Shown here one piece after another: positions 35,586 through 48,650 of a DNA stretch of 64,000 bases (position 1 is its first letter; every line of letters begins with the position of its first letter). Under the pieces are notes generated by a model. That model did not search any database, was not told the origin of the DNA, and saw only the letters and a list, made by a program, of their open reading frames with translations. The position numbers and the translations under genes are program-made. Origin of the DNA: Asterias rubens. Its lineage: Eukaryota. Location of the stretch: positions 20,088,001 through 20,152,000 of the forward strand of contig NC_047068.1 in NCBI RefSeq assembly GCF_902459465.1. The letters run 5' to 3'.

Positions 35586-38500
35586 TATAATTAAGCAATT
35601 TGGTCGCGTGCCAAATTGGTACATCAGTAGCCATTGTCAAATGAATGTTCTTTTACTTGTTTTTTTATCTTCCTTTTCAATGCAACCAAACTGAGCCAAA
35701 CAGATAAAACAAAAATCCGTATGGGACAACAAAGTATAGTTACAAAATTATTGATCGAAGCTTTCGATAGTGTACATAATTTCGAGAAACATTTCCTTCG
35801 AAGTGGTTATTTAAAATAAATATCAGTTTCTATGCCCAACATATTAATGTGAAAAGCGTTAATACCGCAGTAACGTTTATCAGATGGTGTATTTCTGTAT
35901 AGGGCACATTTTCCCGTTGAACATATTCGCTCTGGACGTTTGGCGATATCAAAAAAACGCAACCACCTTTGAAATTGAAATTTCCACATGTTAGTTTTGT
36001 ATATATATATATATAGGATCTAACTGTTCTAAAAACCAAGAGTTTTAAACCGAGAGTTAGTAAGGTATGGAAACACCAACAGGCCACCAACCAGTACCGT
36101 CAAAATATGGAAAAAGGGCTGCACTACAACCTCATCCCCAGACCCCTCCCCGTAGTCAGCAAAAACCTAATTACGCCAGCGGCTCTTAATAAAGGGACAA
36201 TCTATAAGCCAAGCTTAAGTCTAGCCTATAGTATTGCCGCGGGCACCGAGCGAGCACTTTATTAACGATATATAAGAACAATTTCCATGTAAATTGCATT
36301 TACAAAACTGAAATGCAATAACAATTTAAAAGGGCAACATTGACAGCACGTTTCCATTGTAATTGCCCAATTAGCTGCAAATTCTAAGGTACCTTGAAAA
36401 TTGATCCGTTTATATTTTATCGCAAGACACCCAGGAGATTCGAAACGAGTAACGCATTATGTATGCATTTATTTTATATACCTTAAACACAACCCAATAC
36501 AACAGTTTGATAACGGTAAAACAAGCCTTGAATGGAATACATAATTCAAATTATACACAATCTCCATGTTACTAGCTTGTATCTCTGCTTTATATTAACA
36601 TATTTTCAAATGCACGGGGCTCAAAATTGATTCGTTTAGTCTTTTCATTTTAATTTCTGCGTAACAAAGATTTTACTTTTCCCCAGCGATTTGAACCTAA
36701 AAAAAAGGTCTAGATCAATTACTTGTATCGTCTTCTGTTATCTGAGCCACTCCAGAAAGACCCAATATATTCTTTCAGGAGATATAAGCCAAGTGCTTCG
36801 TGCAAAACGTGAAGTTCTTCCAGGATACCCATTGAATGGTTTTTAAATTCGTCTACAAACTTGTATGTTTATAACTACATGAATGAATACGTTTAGTCCT
36901 GAGATATTGGGACCACTTGCTGTATAAATTGCAAGATTGTGAAGAACGCACTGTATATAATGTTACCCAACTTAAGTCTTATCCCTTAAATATTTCAAGA
37001 GATGTTTTCCAGCATGGCAATCTTTGTGCCCTATAAGCTACGCACTCCCTTTAATGCTCCAGCATTAATCCCGTATGCAAGTGAAGTTTCATGTGTACTT
37101 CCGATGGACGGAATAACCGTAAAGAACAAGTCACTCTCAACCGAACCGTATTTGCAATAATAATGCGTAGAAGGGTCCCCAAACCGGGGAAAAGTGGGGA
37201 CACAACCAAGCGGATTTTTTTTTTTTTTTTTACATTGAACATTTCAAGTATGTGGTTGAGTTCCACTGCATTGAGATGTGATGTGTGTAGAAAACTACAT
37301 AAAGGTCTTGCTGGCATTTCTTTAGACCCTGGAATCTTCGACATCTTACAATATTCCAAAAGAGGGAATCCAATCTTAAATGGTGTTAAAATCATCCATG
37401 ATTTCGTTACTTATTGTTTTGATATGAAATCGATTCTCCAAAAAAACATCTGCGGACTTTTTCCGATGACGGAACAACTTTAAAAAATATGAAATCTATC
37501 CTCTCCCACGGGTCGTGCGAATATTATGTTATAAAGAAAACAACCACACGGGAAATCGTGAAACACAATTATAAGAAACAACTACAAGCGTTTCGTAGAT
37601 GACTATCAAATCAGGGTCCAACGAAAACTATCAGGCAATAAAGATGGTGAAACAACACTCCTCTTAATTGGAAATTACACCCCACAACCCGCTTGTATTC
37701 TCACATCCTTTTATAAGGGAGAGGGTAAGAAGAGGGCACCCCTACGCGCAATGCACTCACTTCTAATTCAATTCCATGGGTAGCTTCAAGGACCAAGCTG
37801 CTCTTCGTACACTACATGTGCGTAAAAAGACGAGGTTATGACACAAGTGATACGTGACACAAGGCGATAGGTGTTGCAGCTGACGATATGGCGAGAACCA
37901 CTCACAATTCAATTCAAGTTCCTTCTAGCCCGCCGTTTATAACCTAGTGGCTCTCCGACTGCTCCGAGGTGTATTGCAACGGTGAGCATTGTGGACAAGA
38001 GCGTTGAACCTCGTCACAGGGACGAGGGAAATCTCTTACGTCTGGGGCACGATCGATGGGAAAATCTCAGAGCATTCATAAAGATGTAGCGTATTTTTCC
38101 CTTTTTTATTTTAAGCATTAGAACAGGATTACGCTGAAAAAAAACTTCCTTGACCGGAATTAAAACTGTCAAATATCCACAAAGACACGATGTGTCTTGT
38201 AAACAGATGGAGCTTGTTATAGTTGCACGGCAATAATAAAATGTGGCAAAATTAAGATGGCAGGTGCATGCAGATGACTTCAGCATTTTGTATCTAGTTT
38301 CAGGGGGGGGTTGAAAATAGTTCTTTAGCCATAAAATGCATGAAGGCAGAAGTAGACAGGTGCACGCAAGGAGATGATTTTAACAATTGGTAGGGGATGT
38401 GATTCGTAAACATGGTTCTAGGAATAACATGCATGTTAACGCTGTAGTACAAAACCAAGACCCTGTCACATATCAAAACCATAGGCAGTTGAGTGAAATA

Positions 38501-38814
38501 AATAAGACGATTTTAGAAATATATTATTTAATATATTTAGTCCAACAACAGACATTTGGCTTTCAGATTAATACTAACAAATGCAAGGTTTACAGCCTAA
38601 ATAGAAATGGAAATCCAATACGCATTGTGATTTATTAAATTGTTAGTCTGTGTCCTTGATGGGTTCCTTGAGGACAATTTGTTTTTCAATGAATCGGTAT
38701 GCAAAGTATTCACCGATAATTCATTGATTGTGCACATGAGGGTCCTTCTAGTGTAGTGAACTCACCAATAAACACAGATAAAATGGATACGCTGGCAGCA
38801 GTCAATCCAAATAC

Positions 38815-39480
38815 TGGTTTCTATACCCTCAGTCTCCTCTTTGTTCCCTCTCCCTCCCTGTGCTTGTCATCAATTGTTTCAGTTCAGTGAGCACACACTC
38901 CCTGACCAATCTAACCCCTGCCCCTTAGACTTGGTTCCCTCTCCCTCCCTGTGCTTGTCATCAATTGTTTCAGTTCAGTGAGCACACACTCCCTGACCAA
39001 TCTAACCCCTGCCCCTTAGACTTGGTTCCCTCTCCCTCCCTGTGCTTGTCATCAATTGTTTCAGTTCAGTGAGCACACACTCCCTGACCAATCTAACCCC
39101 TGCCCCTTAGACTTGGTTCCCTCTCCCTCCCTGTGCTTGTAATCAATTGTTTCAGTTCAGTGAGCACACACTCCCTGACCAATCTAACCCCTGCACCTTA
39201 GACTTGGGGTCATCTATACCCTCAGTCTCTGCTAGGTTCCCTCTCCTTTCCCTGTGCATGTCATCAATTGTGTCAGTTCAGTGAGCACACACTCCCTGAC
39301 CAATCTAACCCCTGTCCCTTAGACTTGGTTCCCTCTCCCTCCCTGTGCTTGTCATCAATTGTTTCAGTTCAGTGAGCACACACTCCCTGACCATCTAACC
39401 CCTGCCCCTTAGACTTGGTTCCCTCTCCCTCCCTGTGCTTGTCATCAATTGTTTCACTTCAGTGAGCACAGACACTCCCT
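38815..39480. repeat. 91 bp minisatellite, 7 units with higher-order structure
   Basis: Unit TTCCCTCTCCCTCCCTGTGCTTGTCATCAATTGTTTCAGTTCAGTGAGCACACACTCCCTGACCAATCTAACCCCTGCCCCTTAGACTTGG starts at 38844, 38935, 39026, 39117, ~39237, ~39328 and ~39418. The leader CTATACCCTCAGTCTC recurs before units 1 and 5. Confidence 0.95.
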
Positions 39481-42229
39481 ATGCCACTCCCTTCCCACTC
39501 ACAGTGAGGTTAAGTCTATGTTGCAATAGCTCTAGCCTACATGCTTTACTGAGGTATTAAGCCAGGCTTATCCTGTTCCTGCTCCTGCCTAAGCCAGGCC
39601 CAACCAGTTATCTCGGCACCTTTTGACTTGATTTTTGAAACACGACTTGCACAAACGTACAGCAGTGGATCAGCAGTGAATAGTATTATCAACGGCATAA
39701 CTAGATTATTGAATACAGTCAAATGTGGAATCCCAAGTATTTGGCCATGGTAATGTAATGTAGCTCCAAGAAACTCCTACAATGAAACAATCATAATTGT
39801 TTCCGATTTTACAATGATATATTTAACACACTTCTGAAACGAAAGTAAACAGTTTCAGATTTTGGTTAAAACACATGGTATACCTATAGCTACAAAACGG
39901 TGTAAATCTCGCGAGTATTCACCTGGACTTTCAAAGACTAAATTAATTAGACCAGCAATATTTCATAACAAATAACTCAAATGCTTTCCATCTGGCTTTA
40001 CCAATACATTTATTTCATATCCAAAGTCATGTGTTCCAAGTTTAAATCTAAATCAATAAATAATTATTTCTTTACATTTGGTTTGTGGTAACACCACGTG
40101 TACATCTACTTGTTGGGTTAAGGTTATGTTCTTTCGGGAACTTGTCTCACATAGTCTTGTCCAGAATATAGAATGACAAATTCTCAAAAGAACATAATCT
40201 ACAGGTAATGATTTTAACTGGTGCCAGCAAACCAAATATACAGCGATACCTCACCATACAATGCCCCCAAATTCATTACAACAAACACAGTGATCTCCAT
40301 CAAAGCAATGTACCGGTACTTTAAAACAACTCTGTGAAAGGTGTGAAAGATACATTATAAAACAAAATGCATACATTGACACCGTCCCTAACAGTTTAAG
40401 TGGATTTGTTAACTATTGAACTTAAATGATAAGCATCAAATTGTGTTAACGTCCCTTTGAACGATAAGCAAATGTTTGTGAAAGACAATGCCAAGCACCG
40501 CAGGCCTGTGTAATCAGTGCCTCCATCAAGCAGACCAAAACCTCCCAAAGCATATTCAAGCTCACGTTGAACGCGCTAATTGCAAAGATCTGTTTCCCCT
40601 ACAAGGCCGGCCGGACACCGACAGAGACACGTAGAGGTTAGAGATAGAACGAAAGAGAAAGGAATTGTGACTTCCAGACGCTGAGATTTTCCGGGAGAGA
40701 TCCATCAATATTTACACTGTAGAGTGCTCTGAAGAAACGGAGATACCACGTTGTGGCGTCACACGCAGCCCTTATGGCGCGCTGTGCACAGAATGTGCAT
40801 TGCAGCTAATAAACCGCATTCAATGTTCACACTTGACATCATGTAGGCCTATATCATTAGGTCTGTTTCAATACACACAGGGAGTAAATTCGTGTCTGAA
40901 TCACGAAGCTATGGTCAACAATTGTGCAATCCATTGAAAATGTGAAGTGTGCACACAGAATTGAAACTGTTATTCAATCGCTGGTGGAAATAATGGGTAT
41001 AAGGCACCAACTGACCTTAACATTTCGGAGAAAAGACGTATGTATAAGCCTATGTAGAGTTTTAAAACAAATATGTAGGCATATTTAACAACACAACAGA
41101 ACAGAGTATACATGTGCACAGCAACATGCTGTTACCGCATTCCGAATATCTAGAAAAATAAGTCGCGAAAAAGTGCTATCGACTTACTACTAACACTGCA
41201 ATGATATGGTGGGTGGGGGGATAGTATCTTCCAACGAACATGACATAACAGAACTCAAACCAGAAACCTGTTAGCAAAGGCAAAGGCACATTATAGGCAT
41301 ATTCTCTTTGGTGAAGGGGACCCTCTGAGGAAACTACAATTTTGGAGGAGCACTTGAAGGGCACCTAGGCAATAAACACGGGGCATGAAGAAAATCGTCT
41401 TCGACGCCTCCGTAAAGTCAGACACATGTACGGCTACAAGAATAAGACGGAAATAAATCACTTCTAGTTCAGATAACACCTCATCTTCTACATGTTACGA
41501 GCCTGTGGACTGTTTGGTTATTCTATTCCAGTCAAGAATTGATGTATGGTCGCCAGTATTCTCACATGGTGTCTCCCATGATATAATATGCATACACTCG
41601 TGAAAACTTGTGCTCCATTCGTCATCGCAGTTGCAAGACAATAATAAGAGAAAGAATACAAATTTTGCACTGGCCTGCAGTTAGTTTCCAGTTAGTTGCC
41701 AATGAATTTGACAATAACGCAGTTCAAACAGTTAAAGAAGAAGGCTGCTTGCTACACTACCTCTAATATGAACTTGTATTAAAAAACAACAATAGGTCAT
41801 TGGAATTTCATTTCAGTGATCCTCGAAAACAGGTCAAGTGCAAATCTACTGGAGGTTGCTCTTCAGGCAAGATACGTCGAACGACTCAAGGAATGATGGC
41901 ATGTAAATCCATAAATTCGTGACTGGGCATGCCTCTGGGAAATTGTTTCAATAAAATCTTTTTCAAGACAACCTTCTCGTGGGAAGAGGTCGCAAAGTAA
42001 GGTAAACACGAGTCGCAGGTCTACTACACCGTGCTTGTTTATAGCATGAAAACTCACTTGTAAACAAAGTAATTGAAGGACAAGAAAAATATCCAGTTGT
42101 TTTGCAAGGCACATCAAAAGGTTAAATAAGGTAGACTCGGTATTGTCACGGGTCACTTTTACACAGACCTCTCGTTTCGGATAATTACAAAATCAAACTC
42201 AAAATACAATCGTTGTCTTCTTCGAGCCC

Positions 42230-42314
42230 AAATTTGTTATTTTATGCATAGGTTGGGATACACAAAGGGACAAAACTGGTCTTTGCCAATACCAAAGGTG
42301 TCCATTGCCTTAAA
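42230..42314 (-). mobile_element. Family A MITE end fragment
   Basis: TTTGTTATTTTATGCATA...CTGGTCTTTGCCAATACCAAAGGTGTCCATTGCCTTAA. Confidence 0.65.
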
Positions 42315-43538
42315 CTTTCAAAAACACTGCTGCAGATAAATAGTTATCAGCATACTTTTCTACAACGTGGGTCGGGAAGCACATTAAAACTGCAACTGTG
42401 AGTTAAAAACGTCGTTGACTTTTTTTTATCACCAAAACGAACTGGCTCTCTCTCTCAAGATGTTGACAGTGAAAAAGTAGGTTTATAGAAGACACACGGT
42501 GCTGACTTAATAAAACACAGGATACATGACCCACTTCTATTGTAGCTAAGATAAACTTCACCAAGTTATGGTAAACTCAAGCTGTTCAAGCTTGGTGCAT
42601 ATATGTATTGAGCCTTCCTCCCAAAACATCTCAACATGGTTTTCTTCGCAAGCTGTCAGTGCAAAGCTGTGTATATTTAATGGGAAATTAAAAAGTGGTA
42701 ATGACATAACGCACCCCGGAACGTTATTCCATCCTGTCATTTTGTTATGGTCTATACCTAAACAAAAGCGATTAATGTCAAACATGGCATGGACCATCTG
42801 CTTTTGATGTAATCATTAAGTTTTAAATGTCGGAGGTGTGTGTTGGAAGGGGTTGCCACTGAAATGGTGTGAGAGAGTTGTTTAAAAGGAATCTCTTGTT
42901 TCTGCACAGACCCCAATTTCATTTGCTTGAAAACTTTCTTTGCTAAGCAACAATTGAAAACAATGCAACTTAGTTAAATTTGGGCTGATAAACTTGTTTC
43001 TGCGGATCCGGTGAGGTTTTAATGTTAAAAGTACAGGAATTATCAGGAAACAGTTAAGTAGTTTCAAACTTAAAGCTCATTGATTACTAATACAGTTCAT
43101 GTAAGTACTATACAAAGCTTGTGTCGGACATGATTCGTAATCTACAATTTACTGTAAGCATACCTTTTTGAATATTATACGAACTTATTGTGCCTACAGT
43201 TTAACCATAACACTCGCACTAAAAAAAAAAAAAAAAAAACGACTAGACATTCCTCGGTAAAAATATAATATCTAACCACACTGTCTTTGCCAGAGAATAA
43301 TAATCCGATGCAAAGGGACTCTCTAAATTTGATAAAGGAGAAAGGCGGTAGAAAACAAGCTCCTCATTAGCGGTGGAAATTCACTTCAGTCTGACTCCTT
43401 CGAGAGGAATTATCTTCAGCCTACCTGACTGAACTGTTAAGTTCTGTGGCCGTCAGAATGTTGTCTGTGGATCCATTAAAACCTGACTGGGATTGTTGTC
43501 TACTCCCCGGCAGCATTGGTGTGACTGGGAAGGTGTGC

Positions 43539-43790
43539 TTAAAAGCACTGGATACTATGGATTACTTCTTAATATAGTTGTTAGCAAACACACTTACTTG
43601 GTACGGGCAATTGAGAGCTGTTGATAGTAAAATACATTGTGAGAAACAACTCCCTCTGAAGTAACGTAGTTTTTGAGAAAGAGGTAACTTCTAAGGCAAA
43701 AAGACTTCAGGAAAGAAGTTCATCTGAAAGAACACAAAGTTGTGCCACAAGGGTCGTTTTTTTCTTACATTACTCTCTTACAACTTCGAT
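43539..43790 (-). mobile_element. Family A MITE, partial old subtype
   Basis: TTAA|AAGCACTGGATACTATGG..., with family body CTCCCTCTGAAGTAACGTAGTTTTTGAGAAAGAGG. Confidence 0.7.
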
Positions 43791-44469
43791 ACAGTGAACT
43801 GAAACTAACAATTAGTGACTGGATAATGTCTTCTATATTCTCGAAATCCAATTGGCAAGTATTAACCTTCACTTAATGAGGAACTGAATCATGTTATTTT
43901 TCCTACATTCAGTAACCATGGGGATGGGACTGTTTGGCTGGGGTGATTTCTGCTTAAGTGTAATGAGGCGTTTTCTATATCACAAACTGAAGACAGGGAA
44001 ATATATGCATTGATTGACGAGGCAGAAAAACTACGACTTTAAACATGAAAAGCCTAATGAAATGTCAAAACGAATACATGTACATGCAATTAGGGTCGGC
44101 TTAGGTACAGGTCTGCATGTGTCTGTGTGGCTCTTGTTGGAAAGGCTTAATGAAGTTTGGAAACACAGGAATAATCAAGAGAAACCACATGCCTGAAAAC
44201 AAAATCCAATGGGCACAACACACAAACCAGATTAGTTTCGGTCATTAATGGGTAAAGTCTCGCAAGGGAAGCCTTTAATACCAAATAACACAACGCCATG
44301 CTTTTGACATCACCGCGAAATGCTGAGCTTTTAGCAAACTGGGCAGCAGTATGGCCTATTTCATGAAGCATGTATGCACATAAACGTGCCAAGCACAGCA
44401 AAGAATTGTTTAACAGAAAACAATGTTACAAGCCAAAATGACATGAAGTTCACAATATAGTGATTGGTG

Positions 44470-44598
44470 TCAATAAAGTTCTGCTTAGCAAAGAAATTTG
44501 TTAAGTAGTGTTTTCTGCTGCTTAACAGCTTTATGAAATTTGGCCTTTAGGCTGAAAGCGCAGACTTCCTTGGTAAGCACAGCCATGAAGTTGGGCCG
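44470..44598. mobile_element. Harbinger-type H3-family right ends (two adjacent fragments)
   Basis: CAGCTTTATGAAATTTGGCC and GTAAGCACAGCCATGAAGTTGGGCC. Confidence 0.55.
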
Positions 44599-45454
44599 AG
44601 TGCCCTCATAAACATCAGGCAGAACAAAGCAGCAGAGCAAACAATTCACCATTAACACCATAGTCACCGTGGTGAGACTTTACAGGACTTGCAAACACAA
44701 GGTTGTTGGTTCCAACACCAACCAAGTATATCGCTGATTGAACAATGACTAAAGTAAATACTAGTTACTGAATCACCATTTCTTGATTAATGCAATTCAT
44801 AGTCATAGACGTTAAACTACAATGTTTATAAGAGAGAGATTGGATGTTGCCAGCTTGGTGTTTATATCCCCTCAAGGGAGTTTGCCGAGATCCCTTGACG
44901 AGAAGATCGCCTAAACAAATACAACCTTAACTTACAAAACTCATTGAAAATAATCATTTTAGAGTGTGGACCCTCGTCCGTAAGCACCATTTACACTTAA
45001 AATATCCTTACAACTCAGTATATATCATGACAACTCGGCACCTTTAAGTCACACTTGTGACGGACATCACACGGTCACTTAATTTATAGTCAACACGTTG
45101 AGAGCAGCCTGCTCTTATCTGGACCACACGAAATAATTTATTAACAAGAAATTGTTGTTTGCAAAGGGAACTGTCCTTGCTGGGAGTGGACTTGCGCTAT
45201 GATTGATGGGCTTTTGATAGTTTCATAAGAGTTGTGTTTTTGTTCATGCTTTGTTTAATTTGTGACACTCAGAACTGGTGACAATAAATTATTTACACTT
45301 ACAGAATAATACATTGTAAATCAATTGACTTGTTTTGGTCCTGTTTTTCGATTAAGGATTTCAAATAACGTCAGTCGTACATGACTATAGGTACCTCTAA
45401 GGTGCCAGGAATAATAAAATATACTATGAGCTATGTACAATCGTCTCCTAAAAA

Positions 45455-45712
45455 GAACTAATACCTACGATGACTAGAGCAAGCTAGTCGAAACGTTGAG
45501 ACCAATTTAAGAACTGTAGTTTAAAAACAGGTCAGTTCTTTTCAGAACTGAGAAGTCTCCCGAACACCTGATAAATTTAAACCGCGGTAGTAAAATAAAT
45601 ACAGACAGTTCTCTAAGAACAAACTCTAACTGACAGAAAGATACACACATGTTGTTACCACAAACCAAATATATTGATACCTCACAATGCAATGCCTCAA
45701 ATCATATACAAT
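45455..45712 (+). mobile_element. Penelope-like terminal fragment with a hammerhead-like core
   Basis: CCTACGAT GACTAG AGCAAG CTAGTC GAAAC GTT GAG (45464-45500): a perfect 6 bp stem followed by GAAAC-GTH. The downstream part is shared with 12890, 40060 and 40228. Confidence 0.5.
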
Positions 45713-45965
45713 AATAAAACAGGGAATTTGCTAAATCACCTTATCCTAAGGACACAAGGCGCATCAAAAAGAAGAAACTTAATGGTTGAAGAGGGAAGTT
45801 TTTAAGTTTTTTCTAAACTGAGAAATGGAGATGGGGTTCCTGTGATGTTGCGGCATATCATTCCAGAGCTTTACAGCTGATGAAGTAAAGGACATCTCCC
45901 CAGCCTGCTTTTTAGTTATTGTGCTAAACTTGGGATATCTAAACCCCCACTCTTCCTGCCGGTAT
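45712..45965 (-). mobile_element. L2/Crack LINE 3' fragment
   Basis: Minus-strand translation AGEMSFTSSAVKLWNDMPQHHRNPISISQFRKNLKTSLFNH*, homologous to the C-terminus of the 14885 LINE, followed by a GCGCCTTG...TTTTATTATT tail. Confidence 0.75.
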
Positions 45966-46669
45966 CCAATATACTTAGGCCTTGGGTGACAAGTCTGTCC
46001 CCGTACTGACTACTATTACAACTGACGACTTGTTTTTGAATACTCTTAATGTTGGTACTAAGATACATGCTGATAGTGCCATCCCTTACATGCTCAATTA
46101 GAAAATAATAACTGTCATTAAACTACAGCTTTCCAGTTGCAGTTCACCGGTTTTAGTGTTTTTGAGCGTAAGTACATGCATGTGTAGGCCTTAATATATG
46201 TTGTTTTATACTTTCCGGATAGTTTTAAATGTCTATAGCACTGTCGCTGTCCTTTTCTTTGTACTTGTATGTGTGTTTTTGTGCCCTATCATACTTGTTA
46301 TACTGACGTATTGGCAAATAAATATTTATGTTTGTATTTATCTGTGTGTATGAATGTCAGACTTTGTACCTTTTTAAATATATTTCTACTTGCCATGATT
46401 ATTTGTTGTTTTTGTACACATTGTCGTAATTCAGCAGATGGCTGCAATGACTTTTGCTTTATCAATAAACCATGAATACACATTTGAATTAACATAGAGT
46501 TGAGGTACCTTCTATGTCTTCTCTCTATCTCTATCTCTACTTCTCTATAGTTTATCATTTATCAATTGTTCTGAAAGCAAAGTGTAGCATCTCCCCCACG
46601 GTGGTCAGTTTCTCCCTGGGCTTGCCTATCTTCTCGCCTCTCGCCTTCTCCTCCGCGTCAATCTTAAGC

Positions 46670-47232
46670 CAGTCAGTGAACTTCACTGGTCGTACATCTG
46701 AACAACGACAAAATAATACAAAAAGGGCATCATAGATGAGGGTGAGTGAAATAGAAGTAATATTAAGACGATCAGAGCATACTGCTTGAAACGTCGAGTT
46801 TACACCAAGTGTTTTTTAGAACCACCCAAACTCGTTTAGAGATAGTCATTACATGGTGTTACCGCAAACATTTCCATGTGAAGTAATAAATGTTATGTTT
46901 GCATTGGCGGATGTTTCATTTCAGTTTCATTTCAAGACAGTCACTAAACTTCACTGTTTGTAGATCTGAACCACGAAACAAAAGAGAAAAAAGGCACCAC
47001 AGATGAGGATGAGTAAAACAGAATACGAAGAGTGAAGTAATAAATGTTAAATTTGCATCGGGGATAATTCATTTCAGTTTCATTTCAAGACAGTCACTGA
47101 ATTTCACCGGTCTTACATCTGAACAACGAAACAAAAGAGACAAAAAGGCATCATAGAAAAGAGAATAAGAAGAGGAAAGTAATAAACGTTTAATTTGCAT
47201 TAGGGTATTTTATTTTAGTTTAATTTCAAGAC
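46670..47232. repeat. Three diverged ~155 bp tandem units, the first interrupted by a ~117 bp insert
   Basis: The motifs AGTCA.TGAA.TTCAC.GGT..TACATCTGAACAACGA and GAAGTAATAAATGTT...TTTGCAT...TTTCATTTCAAGAC recur at about 46670, 46940 and 47090. Confidence 0.8.
46763..46879 (+). mobile_element. Short Penelope-like insertion
   Basis: TAAGAC GATCAG AGCATA CTGCTT GAAAC GTC GAG ... CATGGTGTTACCGCAAAC, flanked by GAAGTAATA on both sides. Confidence 0.5.
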
Positions 47233-48109
47233 ATTTATAGTTTCCATTCCAACAGATAATCAAAATAAGTGCGAAGACCAGTGACATTAGTATACTGATT
47301 TAACCTGTAAAATGCTTTATACTTTTTTGGTGAACCTGGTGTAAAGGTTCAGATATCAAAACCATATATGAGCCATATATAAAGTGGCAAACACCTTCTC
47401 GGTTACAAAATAACTTGCACTTGATACGAATGGTAACACGGGCAGAGATACATGTCCAGCGAAGTGACCTTTTGGTTAACTGGCGGCTTTACATTAATTT
47501 GGACGAAAGTGGTATGTGCCAAGAGACCTACTTGTGAAAATGTAAGTTTCCTATGGGCCTTGCAGCCTCTGATTATTGTACACAAAAGATAATGTGTAGT
47601 TTCATTATAGGCAGTAAGCTGCATTGTAGGTTAACTTTGTTTGCATCCAAGAAGACATATAACACTGCGTAGGGAGCAACTTGTGAACATTTGCAGCTTA
47701 GATTTCCTAATGCTTTTTCATGTCCAAAGTGCACATATCCGATGAAGATTTCGGTTGCTGTATGTAACGACGACACCAACTGACGTAAAGACATGCACCG
47801 GAAACTGTGTGAATATGTTGGCTTGTATTGCAATCGTGATACCTTCAAAATGCATTTTTTTTTTCTCTTTTATGATCTTGTACTGACGCAGGGTTTGCAG
47901 AGCTTTGGTACTCCATCTTCAAGTCAATATGAACTTTTTGTCTATGGTGCTTAGATGCTTTATATTTTATTGTAGAGTGACAACAAATATTTTATTGTAG
48001 AGTGACAAACTTGCAGATTGGGAAAATCTTCAGATTTGCAAGATCATTAAACAATTACTACCAACAATTCACTCAGGTTCGGCAGGGAAATGGCACATGA
48101 GAAGTTGTT

Positions 48110-48650
48110 AAAACAGGTTTTGATGTCAGAGTCAGAGAATATTCAGTATAGCTTGAAAGTTTAAGCCGTATGAACTTTATCTGGCAAGAAGCCGACATTG
48201 AGCGTTCACTTGGCGCTGGTCGAACGCCCATTTAACGTCCACTCACATGTTTGGCGAGGCTTAGAAAAGCTTTTGATGTCAGAGAATGTATAGGTCTTGT
48301 GATTAAATATTCAGTAGTAGCTTAAAAGGTTAAGCCACTTGATGACATGATGTCCATGACTGGACATTTCTGGCAATAAGCCAACATTGAACGTTGACTT
48401 GGCGCGGGTCAAACGACCAGTTCACGTTCACTCGGGTTTAGCGGGAAACTTTTCTAAGCACGTGAAAATTTAACGTTGACTTGGCGCGGGTCAAACGACC
48501 AGTTCACGTTCACTCGGGTTAAGCGGGAAACTTTTCTAAGCACGTGAAAATTTAACAGCTTTTGGTGTCGGAGAATTTGTTCAGTAACAGCTTTAAATGG
48601 TATGACAAGATTTCTATGGCCGTTTACTTGGCGCTGGTCAAACGTTTAGA
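48110..48650. repeat. Three old diverged units containing a recent 82 bp tandem duplication
   Basis: GTTGACTTGGCGCGGGTCAAACGACC...GAAAATTTAAC at 48393 and 48475 differ by one base. The older period is marked by GCTTTTGATGTCAGAG and ACTTGGCGC.GGTC.AACG. Confidence 0.85.

Noticed and set aside
36500-37483. Possible ancient transposase or pseudogene
   Set aside because: No DDE or other recognisable motif, and the ORFs run through a poly-T tract.
38900-38930. Interstitial telomeric repeat
   Set aside because: Only a single CTAACCC per 91 bp unit, with no (TTAGGG)n run.
38815-39480. CRISPR array
   Set aside because: Units are contiguous near-identical 91-mers with no unique spacers, there are no cas genes, and the context is eukaryotic.
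41176-42156. Possible decayed minus-strand gene
   Set aside because: The short frames look vaguely protein-like, but I recognised no motif, and stops occur in all frames.
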